Below are positions 49,636-62,028 of a stretch of DNA of 64,000 bases, piece by piece. The notes beneath the pieces are model-generated. The model made no database searches. It saw nothing but the letters and a program-made list of their open reading frames with translations, and was not told the DNA's origin. Source of the stretch: Scenedesmus sp. PABB004 (lineage: Eukaryota); contig JABVCE010000012.1 of the NCBI GenBank assembly GCA_014905635.1, forward strand, positions 62,001-126,000, in the 5' to 3' direction. Every line of letters begins with the position of its first letter. Positions within the stretch are counted from its first letter, which is position 1. The position numbers and the translations under genes were made by a program.

Positions 49636-52600
49636 ATGCGCGCGGCGGCAGTGGCGCCGGTCGCAGCAGCGGCGCCGGCCGCCGCGCTCCCGCGCCGCCT
49701 CGCGGCGCCGCGGGGCCCGGCGCGGAGCCACCTTCATGCCGCTCGCGAGCTCCCGGCGCAGCGCCGGCAGCGCCCGGCAGCCGTGCGCGCCGCGCCCGGC
49801 GGCGCCGCTGCTGGCCACAGAGCGCCGGGCGGCGCCGCGCCCGGCGCGGGCGTCGCGCGGGGCGGCAGTCTCCGGGAGCGCCTGCTGCGCGCGCCGCTGC
49901 CCGAGCTGATGGCCGAGGCGGCGGCGCTGCGCGACGCGGGGCACCGAGCAATCACGTTCTCGCCTAAGGTTGGGCGCCGCCCGGCCCCGCGCGGCCGCTG
50001 CACAGGGCCGGCCTCTGCCGCTGGCTCACAGCCGCACCACCGCCGCCGCCACAGGTGTTCATCCCGCTCACGCAGCTCTGCCGCGACGCGTGCGGGTGCG
50101 CGGCGCGGCGGCGGGGACCGGCGGCGGCGGGTCGGCGCCGCGCGGCGCGCGCAGCGCAGCTGCAGGCCAGGCTGACGGCGCGGCCCGCGCGTGCGGGTGA
50201 CGCGCGGCTCGCCGCCGCGGTGGTGGCGGCCGCAGGTACTGCACGTTTGCGCGGCCTCCCGCGCCCGGCGCGCGGTGCTACATGACGCTGCCAGAGGTGC
50301 TGGCCGTTGCGCGGCTCGGCGCGGCCGCGGGCTGCGCCGAGGCCCTGTTCACGCTGGGTGCGGCGCGCGCGCAGCGCCCGCGGCGCGCGCGGCGCTGGCC
50401 TGTGTTCGCCCGCGCGGCGCGGCGCGCGCGCGCCGAAGTCGCGGCCCCGCGCCCTGCGCGGCGCGCAGGCGACAAGCCGGAGCTCGCCTACCCCGAGGCT
50501 GCGGCAGAGCTCGCGGCGATAGGCCACGCGAGCACGCTTGACTACGTGGCGTCCGCGGCGGCGGCGGTGCTGGCCGAGACGGGGCTGCTGCCTCACATCA
50601 ACGCCGGCGTCATGGACGAGGCCGCGCTCACGACGTGCGGCAGCGGCCTCGCCGGCGGCGGCCGCCGGGCGGCCGCGGCTGCGGGGCAGCCGGGGGCGCA
50701 GCGCCGCCGCCGCCGCCGCCGGCAGCGGCAGCAGCGCAACGCCGGCCGCTGCGCCCTAAACCACCCCGCGCCCTAAAACCCTGCAGGCTCAAGGCGGTGA
50801 GCGCGAGCCAGGGGCTCATGCTCGAGGGCACCGCGCCGTCGCTCGCCGCGCCCGGCGGGCCGCACTGGGGCTGCCCCGACAAGGACCCCGCCGCGCGCCT
50901 CGCGACGATTGAGGCCGCCGGCCACGCGCGCGTGCCCTTCACGTCGGGTGCGCGCGGGCCGCCGCCGCCGCCGGCGTGGGCTGCGCGCGCGTGCTCGCGC
51001 ACGCGCGCCGCCGCTGCACGCTCGCGCGCGCGCGCCGCCGAGCCGCCCCGCCCCGCTCCCCGCCTCCCCTGTTCCCAAGGCATCCTCATCGGCCTCGGCG
51101 AGGCGCGCAGCGAGCGCCTTGACGCGCTCGAGGCCCTCGCAGCGAGCCACGCGCGGCACGGGCACATACAGGAGGTCATCATCCAAAACTTTCGGTGCGA
51201 GCCGCGGCGCGCTCAACCCGCGGCGGCGCTTGAGCCCGCGGCGCGCTTGAGCCCGCGGCGGCGCTCGGGCCGCAGCGACGCCCCGCGGCGTGCGAGCCCG
51301 GACGCGCCCGCGGCGCACGTCACCCGTGCTGCGCGGCCGCCGTGCGCAGGGCCAAGCCGCTGACCGCGATGGCTGGCCACCCAGAGCCGCCGCTCGAGGA
51401 GCTGCTGTGGACGGTCGCCGCCGCGCGGCTGCTCTTTGGCGCGCGCATGGCCATCCAGGCGCCGCCAAACCTCACGCCCGGCGACGCCGGCGGCGGCGGC
51501 GCGGCGGCGAGCTGGCGCGCGCTGCTGGACGCGGGCGTCAGCGACTGGGGTGCGCGCGCGCGCACAGCTGCCCAGTCGCGCGCTGCCTGCACCGCGCGCC
51601 GCGCACCGCGCAGCGCCCACGCCCGCCCCGCGTCCCCGCAGGCGGTATTTCGCCAGTGACGCGCGACTTTGTGAACCCGGAGCGGGCCTGGCCCCACCTC
51701 GCACCGCTCGCGGCCGCGACGGCCGACGCGGGCAAGCTGCTGCTGCCGCGGCTGCCGGCGTACCCGAGCTACGTGCTGGACCTGGGCCACGGCAGCGGCG
51801 GCGCGCCCGCGCCGTGGCTCAGCCGCGACGGCGGGCCGCGCAGCGTCGCGGCGGCGGCCCTGCGCGCGAGCGACAGCAGCGGCCTGCTGCGCGGCAGCGC
51901 GTGGGCGGCGGGCGCGGCGGAGGAGGAGGGCGCGCCAGGCGGCGGTGCGGCGGCGGCGCCGCCGCGCGAGCATGGCCAGGGCCAGGAGCAGCACCCGGGC
52001 GAGGCGCAGGCGGCGCTGCTGGAGCAGCTGCGCGCGCCGGCGCGGCACGTCGCGGCGGGCCCCGGCTCCGCCGCGCCCGCGCAGGCGCCGGCGAAGGCGC
52101 CGGCCGTGCCGCCGCCGCGGCAGCGCGCGGCCAAGGCGTGGGACATTCGCGTGGGCCCGCTGGGCGCGCTCGAGGGCGTGCCGGCGCCGCGGCACGTCGC
52201 GCCGGACGTCGCCGCGCTGCTGGCCGAGGTGCTCGCGACCGCGCCGCCGCCGCCGCGCGGCAGCGACGCCGCCGGCGCGGCGCCGCCGCCGCTCCCGCGC
52301 GGCGGCCGCGACTGGACCGCGCGCGAGGTGGAGCTGCTGCTGTGCGCGCGCGGCGCCGACGCGGCGGCGGTCATCGCGGCGGCCGACGCACTGCGCGAGG
52401 CCGTGGCAGGGGAGACCGTGAGCTACGTGGTCAACCGCAACATCAACTACACCAACGTCTGCACGTTTGCCTGCAGCTTCTGCGCCTTCTCAAAGGTGCG
52501 GCTGCGGCGGCGTGCGAGTGTGACCGCGCGCGTGCGGTGCGTCGGCAGCGACGGCGGGCGCCGCAGGCTCACGGCGGCGGCGGCGGCGGCGGCCGCGGCG

Positions 52601-54509
52601 CGGCGCGCCCGCAGGGCAAGGCGGCGGACGGCCTGCGCGGCGCGCCGTACCTGCTGCCGCTGGAGGAGGTCACCCGCCGCGCGGCTGAGGCGTGGGACCG
52701 CGGCGCGACCGAGGTCTGCCTGCAGGGGTGCGCGCCGCGCCCCGCTCGCCCCTCGCGCCCTTCGCGCCGCGCCGCGCCACGCTCAGCCCCGCCGCCACGC
52801 CCGGCCAGCCCGCCGCCCGGCGTCGACCAGCCCGCCCGCCGTGCCCCGCGCCGCTGCGCCGCCGCGCCGCAGCGGCATCCACCCTCACTTCACCGGCGAG
52901 ACCTACCTGGCAATCCTGGCCGCCGCCAAGGCGGGCGCGCCGGGCATCCACGTGCACGCGTTCAGCCCGCTGGAGGTCACGCACGTGCGCGGCGGCGCGG
53001 CGGCGCGGCGCCGCGGGCCGACCTCCGTCGGGGGCCGCGCAGGGGGCCGCGCGGCGCCGACGTGCCGCCGCGCTGCGCACGGGGCTGCGCGCAGGGCGCG
53101 GCGACGCTGGGCCTCCCGGTCGGGGACTACCTGCGCCAGCTCAAGGCCGCCGGCCTGGGCAGCCTGCCCGGCACGGCGGCGGAGGTGCTGGACGCCGAGG
53201 TGATGATGGGGCCCGCCCGCCCGCCCGCCCCGGCGCGCGCGTCGCGCTGCAGCCGCTGGCCCGCCCGCCCCGCCGCCTGACCGCGTGTCGCGCTCCCGCC
53301 GCCGGCCCGCCGACCCGCCGCCTGACCGCGCGTCGCGCTCCCGCCGCTGGCCCGCCGCCCCGCCGCCTGACCGCGCGTCGCGCCCGCCGCCGCGGCCGCA
53401 GGTGCGCGCCGCGCTGTGCCCCGACAAGCTGAGCGCGGAGGCGTGGCTGGAGACGGTCGCGGCCGCGCATGCAGCAGGGCTGCCGACCACCAGCACCATC
53501 ATGTTTGGCCACCTTGACAGCCCGCCCGCCTGGGCGCGCCACCTGCTCGCGCTGCGCGACCTCCAGGCGCGCGCGCGCGCGGCGCGCGGGCGCGGGCGCG
53601 GGCGCGGGCGGGCGGCGCAGAGGGCCTGCCGCCGCACGCCGCGCGCCACGCCCCGCGCGCGAGGTTGAGCCGCGCCCCGGCGCCCGCGCGCCGCACGCCG
53701 CTGACCGCGCCGCGCCGTCCGCCCCGCAGGCGCGCACGGGGGGATCACCGAGTTTGTGCCGCTGCCGTTTGTGCACATGGAGGCGCCCGTCTTCCGCGCC
53801 GGCGGCGCGCGGCGCGGGCCGACGCTGCGCGAGGCGGTGGTCATGCACGCCGCGGCGCGCCTCGTGCTGCACCCGCTCATACCCAACATACAGGCCAGGT
53901 GCGGTCGCTCTGCCACACGCGCCCCCGCACGCGGCCGCCGCGGCCGCCAGCGCCCGCCGCCCGTGCTGCCGCGCCTGCGGCGCCTGCGGCGCCTGCGGCG
54001 CCGTCACAAGCGCCGCGCCACCCCCGCGTCGCTCCGCACCCGCGCCCCAGCTGGGTCAAGATGGGCCCCGCGCGCGCGGCGGCGCTGCTGGCGGCGGGCT
54101 GCAACGACATGGGCGGCAGCATAATGAACGAGAGCATCACGCGCGCGGCGGGTGGGTGTTATTTTTTTGCGTCACTTGTCACTTTGACGGCGGTCACGCT
54201 GCGCTGACCGCCGCGACGGCGGCGGGCCCCGCGCCGCCCCGCCGCCCCCGCGCGGCGGCCGACCGCGACCGCCGCCCCTGCCGCCCCCGCCGCTGCCGCC
54301 GGCGCGCCGCAGGCGCGGCGCACGGGCAGGAGCTGCCGCCGGCCGCGATGGAGGCGGCCATCGCCGCTGCGGGGCGCGTGCCGCGGCAGCGGACCACCCT
54401 GTACGGTGTGCCGCCGCCGGCGCAGGTCGTGGCGAGCTTTGCCGCCGCCGAGCTCGCGCCGCTGCGGACGGGCGCCCGTCCGCTCGCCGGCGAGCGCGCG
54501 CGCGCGTGA
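49636..54509 (+). CDS. fbiC: FO (7,8-didemethyl-8-hydroxy-5-deazariboflavin) synthase, fused CofG-CofH radical SAM enzyme, multi-exon
   Basis: [81 protein letters not shown]; second domain YVVNRNINYTNVCTFACSFCAFSK, GLGSLPGTAAEVLD and GCNDMGGSIMNESITRAAG; apparent 1-nt slip near 53743. Confidence 0.93.
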
Positions 54510-55041
54510 GGCGTGCGCGTGTGAGCCCCGCAGTTGCGCCGCGAGGGGAACCCGCCGCCCACAGCCGCCGCCCTCAGCGCCTCCCTGCAGCACGCGCACG
54601 CACGAGCGCCGGCCGCGGCCCACAGCTCCCGCACGCACACGCGCCGCCGCCGCCCAGCGCCCGCCCCCGCCCGCGGCGCGCCCCTGGCCAGGCGGGGCGA
54701 CGCGCGTCGGGCGCCTGACAGCCGGGCCGGTCCGCGCAGCGCCAGGCGAGCCGTGCGCGCGGGCAGGCGGGGAGCAGGCAGCAGCGGGCGGGCCGCGCTG
54801 CGCGGCGCCCGCTGCGGGCGGCGGGGGCTGCGGCGGTGCGCGGGTGGCGGGCGTGTGGCGTGGGCCGCCGGGCCTGCGCGCCCCGGGCGCCGCTGGCAGG
54901 CCCGTCGCCGCGCCGCCGCGCCACGGGGCGGGGGCCGGCGCCGCGCGCGGCTGCTGCTGCGCTCACGCCGCCCGCGCGCTCGCGCCCCGCTGCCGCCGCC
55001 GCCTGCTGCTCCCTGCTGGCACGCAGTCCCCAGGCGGCGCC

Positions 55042-56039
55042 ATGTCGCCGCCGTCTGGCAAGCGGCGCGCCGGGCCGACCACGCGCGCACGGGCGGCGGC
55101 GGCAGCGGCGGCGGGCGAGTCCGCGCAGGCGGCGGCGAGGTGGGCGCGGCGCTGCTGGCGCCCTCTGGTGGATGGCGCTGCTGCCTGGCCAGGCGGGCAC
55201 TGCGCACCCAGCCACAGTCAGGCGCAGCAGGCGCCGCGCACCGCCTCACCGCCGCCCCTGTGCGCGCGCCCGCCCCGCCGCCTGCCCCACCTCGCCGCGC
55301 CGCTCGCAGCCCGTGGACGGAGCTGCCCGAGCCTCTCGTGCTCCACGCCCTGAGCCTCTGGCCGCCGGCCCTGCAGGCGTGGAGCGCCAAGCTGGTCTGC
55401 AAGGCGGCGCGCGAGCGCTTCCGCGGCGCCACGGTCGTCTCGCTGCGCTGCCCCGAGCTGCCGCTGGCGGCGGTGCAGGCGGCGTGGCGGGCGGTGCAGG
55501 GTGACGCGTGGGAGCAGCAGCAGAAGCGGTGGGAGCTGGCCAGGGCACGCGCGGCGTGCGGCGACCTGGCGGGGCTGGCCTGGCTGCGCCGCGCCGGCTG
55601 CAGCATGGACTGGCGCGTGGGCTCGGCAGCGGCGCTCGCCGGCCAGCTCGCCGTGCTGGAGTGGGCGCGCGACCAGGGGCTGTACCTGGGGGAGGTGTGC
55701 GAGGGAGCAGCCGAGGGCGGGCAGCTGGCGGTGCTGCGCTGGGCGCGCGCGCAGGCGCCGCCGCTGTTCTGGGGCGACTGGGTGTGCCGCTTTGCTGCGC
55801 GGCGCGGCGACCTGGAGATGCTGCGCTGGGCGCGCGCCCAGGCCGAGCCCGCGCCGTGGGGGAACGGCACGTGCCAGGTGGCGGCTGTGCACGGGCACCT
55901 GGAGGTGCTGCGCTGGCTGCGCGCCAACGGCTGCCCGTGGTCGCGCAAATGGTGCGAGCGCCAGGCGGCACGCAAAGGCCACGCGGCCGTGCTGGCGTGG
56001 ATCCGGGCGCAGCCTGCGTCGCCGGACGACGGCCGCTGA
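55042..56039 (+). CDS. F-box-like/ankyrin-like repeat protein, copy C (2 exons, intact)
   Basis: Exon 1 MSPPSGKRRAGPTTRAR..., intron about 55140-55309, exon 2 SPWTELPEPLVLHALSLWPP...; four GxLxxLxWxRxxGxPW-type repeats. Confidence 0.8.
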
Positions 56040-56445
56040 CGTTTAGTTGTAGGACCTGTGCTGGGAGCCAAGCGAGGAGGATGCACGCGCCCCTTGACTG
56101 CGGCCGGCGCCGCCGCGCGCGGCCAGCGACCAGCGCGCCCGCCGCCGGCGCGGTGGCGTGGGGGCGCGCTTTCGCTGGCTGGCTGCTCCCTTGCGCTTCA
56201 GAGCTGCTGTGACGCGTGCGGGGCGGTGCTTGGCAGGGAGCGGCCGCGGGAGCTCACGCAAGTTGTGTGGTGGTTGGCTGCCGGCTCCAGGAATTCCTGG
56301 CCGCCCGAGCTTTTCCGCCCCGCGCCGCTGCCGACCCGCCGCTCTCCAGACCTCGCCAGTGACCAGAGCTCCCCCGCCTCTGCACAAGCCAGGCACGCAC
56401 CTGAGCTCGAGAAGCAGCCTCTCCCCGCAGCCCCAGCTCGCCACC

Positions 56446-57807
56446 ATGCTGGCCTCCCGCAGCTCCGCCCGCGGCGCGACCGCGCGCAGCAGCAGCAGCC
56501 GCGGCGCCTCGCTGGCGCCGCGGGTGCAGCGCGCCCGCGCGCTCTGCGTGCGCGCCACCGCCAACGTGCCGCCCGCGGAGAAGTCGGGCCTCGCCAAGGT
56601 GCGTGTTGGGCACGACGCGCGAGCCGCGCTGCCGCGCGACGCGCGCCGCTGCTCCGGCGCGAGCGCGAGGGCAGCGCCATCCCGCGCTGCCGCCGCCCGG
56701 CCGGCACGGGGCCCGCGCGGCTCCCAGCGCCGGCGCGGAGGCACGGACGTGCTGCGGGCCAGCTCTCCCCGCTTGCGCGGGGCCGGCCGGCAGGCGCCGC
56801 CGCGGGCGCGCCGGGCTGTGGCCAGCGGCGCGCGCGCCGCGGCGCCGCCGCGGCGCCCGCAGCCCGCGCCGCGGCGCCGCCGCGGCGCCCGCAGCCCGCG
56901 CCGCGGCGCCCGCGGCCTCCGCCGCGCCCCCGCGCCCTCCGTCGCCTCCCCCGCTCACCCGCGCTGCCCCCGCGCTGCCCCGCCGGCGCCGCCGCAGTTT
57001 GCCGACTCGATCGGCCTCCCCACCGACGAGGGCCTGTTTGGCTTCAAGCCCTTTGCCGAGGTCTGGTGCGGCCGCCTCGCGATGATGGGCTTTGTCGTGT
57101 CCATCGTCGAGGAGGCGATGACGGGCCAGGGCACGCTCGGGCAGCTCGGCCTCGCGACGCCGTCGCCGGGCCTGCTCGCCGCGCTCGGCGGCGCGGCGGG
57201 CGTCGCGACGCTGCTCGGCACCGCCAACACCGCGGCCAAGCTCGTCACCAAGCGCATGACGCCGCAGGACGTGGCGCGGTACAAGAACTTCCTGGGGCTG
57301 AACAACCCCAACGACTTCATGGCCGCCGCGGCCGACATGAAGGCGCGCGGCGACTTCACGTCGCTCTCCAACAACCCCGACGCCATCGCCGCGGCGCGCG
57401 CGGCGGGGCTGCCCGCCGACGCGGTGCTCGGCGTGTCGGGCGCGGCCGAGGCGGCCGCCGACGCGGCGGCGGAGATGAAGGCCGCGCCGGCGGGCCTGCT
57501 CTCGCTGACCAAGGCCGACGAGGCCGCGCAGGTCGCCGACGCGGCCGCGGCGGCCAAGGCGCCGGCGCCGCCGTCCGGGCCGAGCGTGTCGCTGTCGGCG
57601 CGGCGCGACGTGCTGGAGCAGAGCGTGTTTAGCGCCAACGCGGAGCTCGCGTACGCGCGCGGCGTGGAGCTCACCAACGGCCGCTGGGCGATGCTGGGCT
57701 TCCTGACCGCGGTGCTGGTCGAGGCGGGGACAGGCAAGGGCATCATCCTGCAGATCATCATGTGGCTCAAGCTGGTCGGCCTCCTCGGCGCGGCCTCGGG
57801 CTTCTGA
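56446..57807 (+). CDS. Light-harvesting-like (LHC-like, ELIP/LHL4-type) photoprotective protein, 2 exons
   Basis: Transit peptide ending ALCVRATA; two LHC motifs, FAEVWCGRLAMMGF and VELTNGRWAMLGF, with a central TM helix. Confidence 0.85.
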   Translation: MLASRSSARGATARSSSSRGASLAPRVQRARALCVRATANVPPAEKSGLAKVRVGHDARAALPRDARRCSGASARAAPSRAAAARPARGPRGSQRRRGGTDVLRASSPRLRGAGRQAPPRARRAVASGARAAAPPRRPQPAPRRRRGARSPRRGARGLRRAPAPSVASPAHPRCPRAAPPAPPQFADSIGLPTDEGLFGFKPFAEVWCGRLAMMGFVVSIVEEAMTGQGTLGQLGLATPSPGLLAALGGAAGVATLLGTANTAAKLVTKRMTPQDVARYKNFLGLNNPNDFMAAAADMKARGDFTSLSNNPDAIAAARAAGLPADAVLGVSGAAEAAADAAAEMKAAPAGLLSLTKADEAAQVADAAAAAKAPAPPSGPSVSLSARRDVLEQSVFSANAELAYARGVELTNGRWAMLGFLTAVLVEAGTGKGIILQIIMWLKLVGLLGAASGF

Positions 57808-58699
57808 GCGCCGCAAGGCCTCGGCGCGGCGCGTGGCGCGCGCAGCGACTGCGTGTGTGCCTGAGCGCGAGCGCGGCGAGAGAGCGCGAGAGAGCGCGAG
57901 AGAGAGAGCGCGAGAGAGGCGTGCGCAGCGAGGGGCGGCGGGCTTCAGCAGCCGGGCGGCTGCTGCGGGCGGCGGCGGGGGCTCTGCCGGGGCGGCAGCG
58001 CGCAATAAAAGGCAGCACGAGCGACGGGTGTGTGTGGGCGTGCCGGGCGAATTCGCCGCCGCCCTCTGTGGTCCGAGGGTAACGCCCCGGCGAGGTCGGC
58101 GCGCGCGCCGCACCCGGGGACGGCGGGCGGTGCAGGGCCCAGGGCGCAGGCGCCGCCCGGCCGCCTGCCCGCGCCGCCGACGAGGAGGCCCCCTGCGCGC
58201 GCAGCCCAGCCGCCCAACACAGCCGCCGCCCTCAGCGCCTCCCTGCAGCACGCGCACGCACGAGCGCCGGCCGCGGCCCGCAGCTCCCGCACGCACGCGC
58301 GCCGCCGCCGCGCAGCGCCCGCCCCCGCCCGCGGCGCGCCCCTGGCTAGGCGGGGCGACGCGCGTCGGGCGCCTGACAGCCGGGCCGGTCCGCGCAGCGC
58401 CAGGCGAGCCGCGCGCGCGGGCAGGCGGGGAGCAGGCAGCAGCGGGCGGGCCGCGCTGCGCGGCGCCCGCTGCGGGCGGCGGGGGCTGCGGCGGTGCGCG
58501 GATGGCGGGCGTGTGGCGTGGGCCGCCGGGCCTGCGCGCCCCAGGCGCCGCTGGCAGGCCCGCCGCCGCGCCGCCGCGCCGGGGCGCCGGGGCGGGCGCC
58601 GCGCGCTGCTGCTGCTGCGCTCACGCCGCCCGCGCGCTCGCGCCCGCTGCCGCCGCCGCCTGCTGCTTCCTCTCTGGTACGCAGGCTCCGGGCGGCGCC

Positions 58700-59720
58700 A
58701 TGTCGTTGCCAGAGGGCAAGCGGCGCGCCGGGCCGACCACGCGCGCGCGGGCGGCTGCGGCAGCTGCGGCGGGCGAGGCGCCCGACGGCGACAGGGCGGC
58801 GCCGAGGTGGGCGCGGCGCTGCCGGCGCCCCTCTGGTGGCTGGTGCTGCTGCCTGGTTAGGCGGGCGCTGAGCACCCAGCCACAGTCAGGCGCAGCAGGC
58901 CCCGCCGCCCCTGTGCACGCGCCCGCCCACGCCGCCTGCCCCACCCCGCCGCGCCGCCCGCAGCCCGTGGACAGGCCTGCCCGAGCCGCTCGTGCTCCAC
59001 GCCCTGAGCCTCTGGCCGCCGGCCCTGCAGGCATGGAGCGCCAAGCTGGTCTGCAAGGCAGCGCGCGAGCGCTTCCGCGGCGCCACGGTCGTCTCGCTGC
59101 GCTGCCCCGAGCTGCCGCTGGCGGCGGTGCAGCAGGCGTGGCGGGCGGCGCAGGATGACGGGTGGGAGCAGCAGGTTCAGCAGCAAGAGCTGGCGGAGGC
59201 GCGCGCGGCGTGCGGTGACCTGGCGGGCCTGGCCTGGCTGCGTGGCGCCGGCTGCAGCATGTACGGCGTGGGCTCAGGAGCAGCGCGCGCCGGCCAGCTC
59301 GCTGTGCTGGAGTGGGCGCGCGACCAGGGGCTGGACCTGGGGGGCGTGTGCCTTGGAGCAGCCAGGGGCGGGCAGCTGGCGGTGCTGCGCTGGGCGCGCG
59401 CGCAGGCGCCGCCGCTGCCCTGGGGCTATGGTGCTTATGTGTGCCACTGGGCTGCGGAGCGCGGCGACCTTGAGATGCTGCGCTGGGCGCGCGCCCAGGC
59501 CGAGCCCGCGCCGTGGGACTGGAGGGCGTGCTGGGCGGCGGCGTTGTATGGGCACCTGGAGGCGCTGCGCTGGCTGCGCGCCAGCGGCTGCCCGTGGTCG
59601 CGCAGCGAGTGCGAGCGCGTGGCGGCTCAGTGTGGCCAGATAGTTGTGGCCGCGTGGATTCGAGCGCAGCCCGTGGCGCCGGACGACGAGCCTGACGACG
59701 ACAGCGACAACGACTGGTAG
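58700..59720 (+). CDS. F-box-like/ankyrin-like repeat protein, copy D (2 exons, intact)
   Basis: Exon 1 MSLPEGKRRAGPTTRAR; exon 2 SPWTGLPEPLVLHALSLW...; acidic tail DDEPDDDSDNDW. Confidence 0.8.
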
Positions 59721-60242
59721 GAGGAGGATGAGGGGGGGGGGGGCTGGGAGTGAAACGAGGAGGGCGAGGGCGCCCCTTGACTGCGGCCGGCTGCGCACGG
59801 TGGCGGCGTGCATGGCACGCGCGTTGCGACGCGGCCGGCAACCGGCTGACTGCGCTTCGCGCACCGGTTCGAGGGCGCGCGCGCAGCCGGAGTGGTCGCC
59901 CACGCTCGGCCGGCGCGCAGCTGAGTCAGCTGAGCTTTGTGACCGCCGGCGGTCGGCCGCTACGGCCGCGGCGATCGGGCCCGCCGCCCGCCGGGCCCGC
60001 CTCCATTACCGCTTGGTCGGGCTGCGGATGCCTCACAGCGGCGCGCTTGACGCCGGCCGCGCGCGCTGCCGACCAGCCCCACCGCCGCAACCGCCCTCCC
60101 CGGGGCGACCTCTGCCAACCGTTGAGCACCAGGCTCTGCTGTCGCGCAGGCGACGGCAACAAGCGCGAGGCACGCGGCACAAGCCCTGCTCAATGACGAC
60201 GGCCCGCACGCCCCGCACTCTCCGGCGCCCCCCGCGCGCCTC

Positions 60243-61441
60243 CTAGCCCGGGCTGCCCAGCGCCGGCAGCGGCGCCGCCGGCTCGCCCGCCGCGCGCGTG
60301 GCGTCGCCGGCACCGCGGCCCGCGCCGAACGCGCTGCCGTTGGTGCGCAGGCACGCGCCGTCGGCCAGCTGCGCCGGCGCCGCCGCCGCTGCCGCCGCGC
60401 CGGTCGCCGGGCCCGCGCCCTCGGCGCCGCCCGCCGCCGCCGCTGCCAGGGCGGCGGCGCGGTCGGGCGGGCAGGTGTCGTTGAAGAAAAAACGCTGCCC
60501 CCCGCACCCGGCCGCGAGCTGGCGCACCAGGAGGCCGTAAAACGCCTCGTCCGCGCCGGCAAAGCGCACCGCGACCGCCAGCACTGCGCGGCGCGGCGGC
60601 GGGCGCGCGTCTGCGGCCGCGCGAGGGGGCTGCGCGGCACGGCCGCACCGCCCCCGCCCCCTGCCCCCCGCGCCGCCGCGCCGCACCGCCCGGCTCGCAG
60701 TCGCACAGCAGGTTCTGGTTGAAGCGGCACGCGCTCGCGCAGCACGCGGGCGCCGGCGCCGCGAGGGCCTGGCCGAGGTATGAGATGACCTCGTCACGCC
60801 GCACGCCGCGCGCCGCGAGCAGGGCAGTGTAGTTCTGGGGCCCTGGCCGCGGCGGGCGGCGGCGGCGGGGGGCTCGCGCAAGCGCGCGCGGCGCCGCGGC
60901 GCCACCGGCCGTGCGCCAGCCGCGCCGGCCGTCGGCCCTGGAACCTCACTCGAACCCCTGCACCCTGAGCCCTCAGCCCTGACACCCACCGATGACGTCG
61001 ACGGTGAGGTTGAAGTGGCGCAGCGCCGCCGCGATCTCCACGGCGCACGCGCTGAACAGCCCGCTGCGCGGCGCGGCGCGCGGCGCGCGACGCGCGTTGG
61101 CACGGCGCGCGCGTGTGCCCGCCCAGGCCCTTGCGCGCGCGCGGCCGCGCCGCGCCGCGCCTGCCGGCGACGATGCAGCGCTCCGGCACGCCGACCGCGG
61201 CGGCCGAGGCCGCGCTGCCCGCGTCGAGCGGCAGCTGCGGCGGCGGCGCGGGCGCGGCGCCGCCGCCGTCACGCGGCGCGTCGGGCAGGTCCGGCTGCAG
61301 CAGCGCCGCCTGCGCGGCCGCCGCGGCCGCGGCCGGCCCGGGCCGCTGCGCGGCGAGCGGCTGCCCCGCCACTGCTGCCACGACCGCCACGAGCACCACC
61401 AGCGTCCAGAGCGACCTCCACTGCGCGCGTGGGGCTGGCAT
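60243..61441 (-). CDS. Small putative secreted Cys-containing protein, multi-exon, unknown function
   Basis: Signal peptide MPAPRAQWRSLWTLVVLVAVVAAVAG; exons GVPERCIV, GLFSACAVEI, ACCASACRFNQNLLCDCEP and LAAGCGGQRFFFNDTCP. Confidence 0.55.
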
Positions 61442-61669
61442 GCTGCGCTGACGCTGCGCCGGACCGGCGCCAGGGGCTGCAGCGCCGGCGCGCAGCAGCT
61501 GGCGTGCGGCGCGGGCCGTGCGTCGACCTCGTCCTCGCGGATCCGCGCGTGCGCTTGAGCCCCAGGCCGCGTCCGCAGCAGCCGAGGGCGCGAGCAGGCC
61601 GTGCGGGCGCGGCGGCGGGTGCACACTGCGGCGGCGGGTGCGGGCGCGGCGGAGTCGGCGACCGGCGAC

Positions 61670-61810
61670 CGGCGACGCGTGTGTGTGCGTGTGGGACAGG
61701 GGCGCTGAGGGCGGCGGCTGTGGGCGCGGGGCGGCGCGCGCGGGGAGGCCTCCTCGGCGGCGGCGCGGGCAGCCGGCCAGGCGGCACCTGCGCCCTGCGC
61801 CCTGCGTCGC
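61670..61810 (-). repeat. Solo copy of the upstream block of the ankyrin-like cassette
   Basis: GCGCTGAGGGCGGCGGCTGTG...CCTCCTCGGCGGCGGCGCGGGCAGCCGGCCAGGCGGCACCTGCGCCCTG, homologous to 63490-63613, 49420-49537, 46090-46220 and 58132-58260. Confidence 0.75.
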
Positions 61811-62028
61811 CGCGCGCCGCTGCCGGCGGGCAGCGCAGAGAGGGCGCCGCTGCCAGCGCACGGCGGCCGCATTCGGGTGCACACGGCCCGCAAAGGGTGC
61901 GTCGCGCGGTCAGCCGGTTGCCAGGGCGCCGCCAGCCTGGGGGCGGCGCGCGCGGCCGACCGCGCTCACGCGGCGTGCACCTCCGCCTCCTCGTGCGAGC
62001 CCCCCTCCTCGTCCGAGCTGCAGCCCTC

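Noticed and set aside
49636..54509. FO synthase as bacterial or archaeal contamination, or a novel HGT
   Set aside because: The gene is intron-rich, and a fused FO synthase is already known in green algae.
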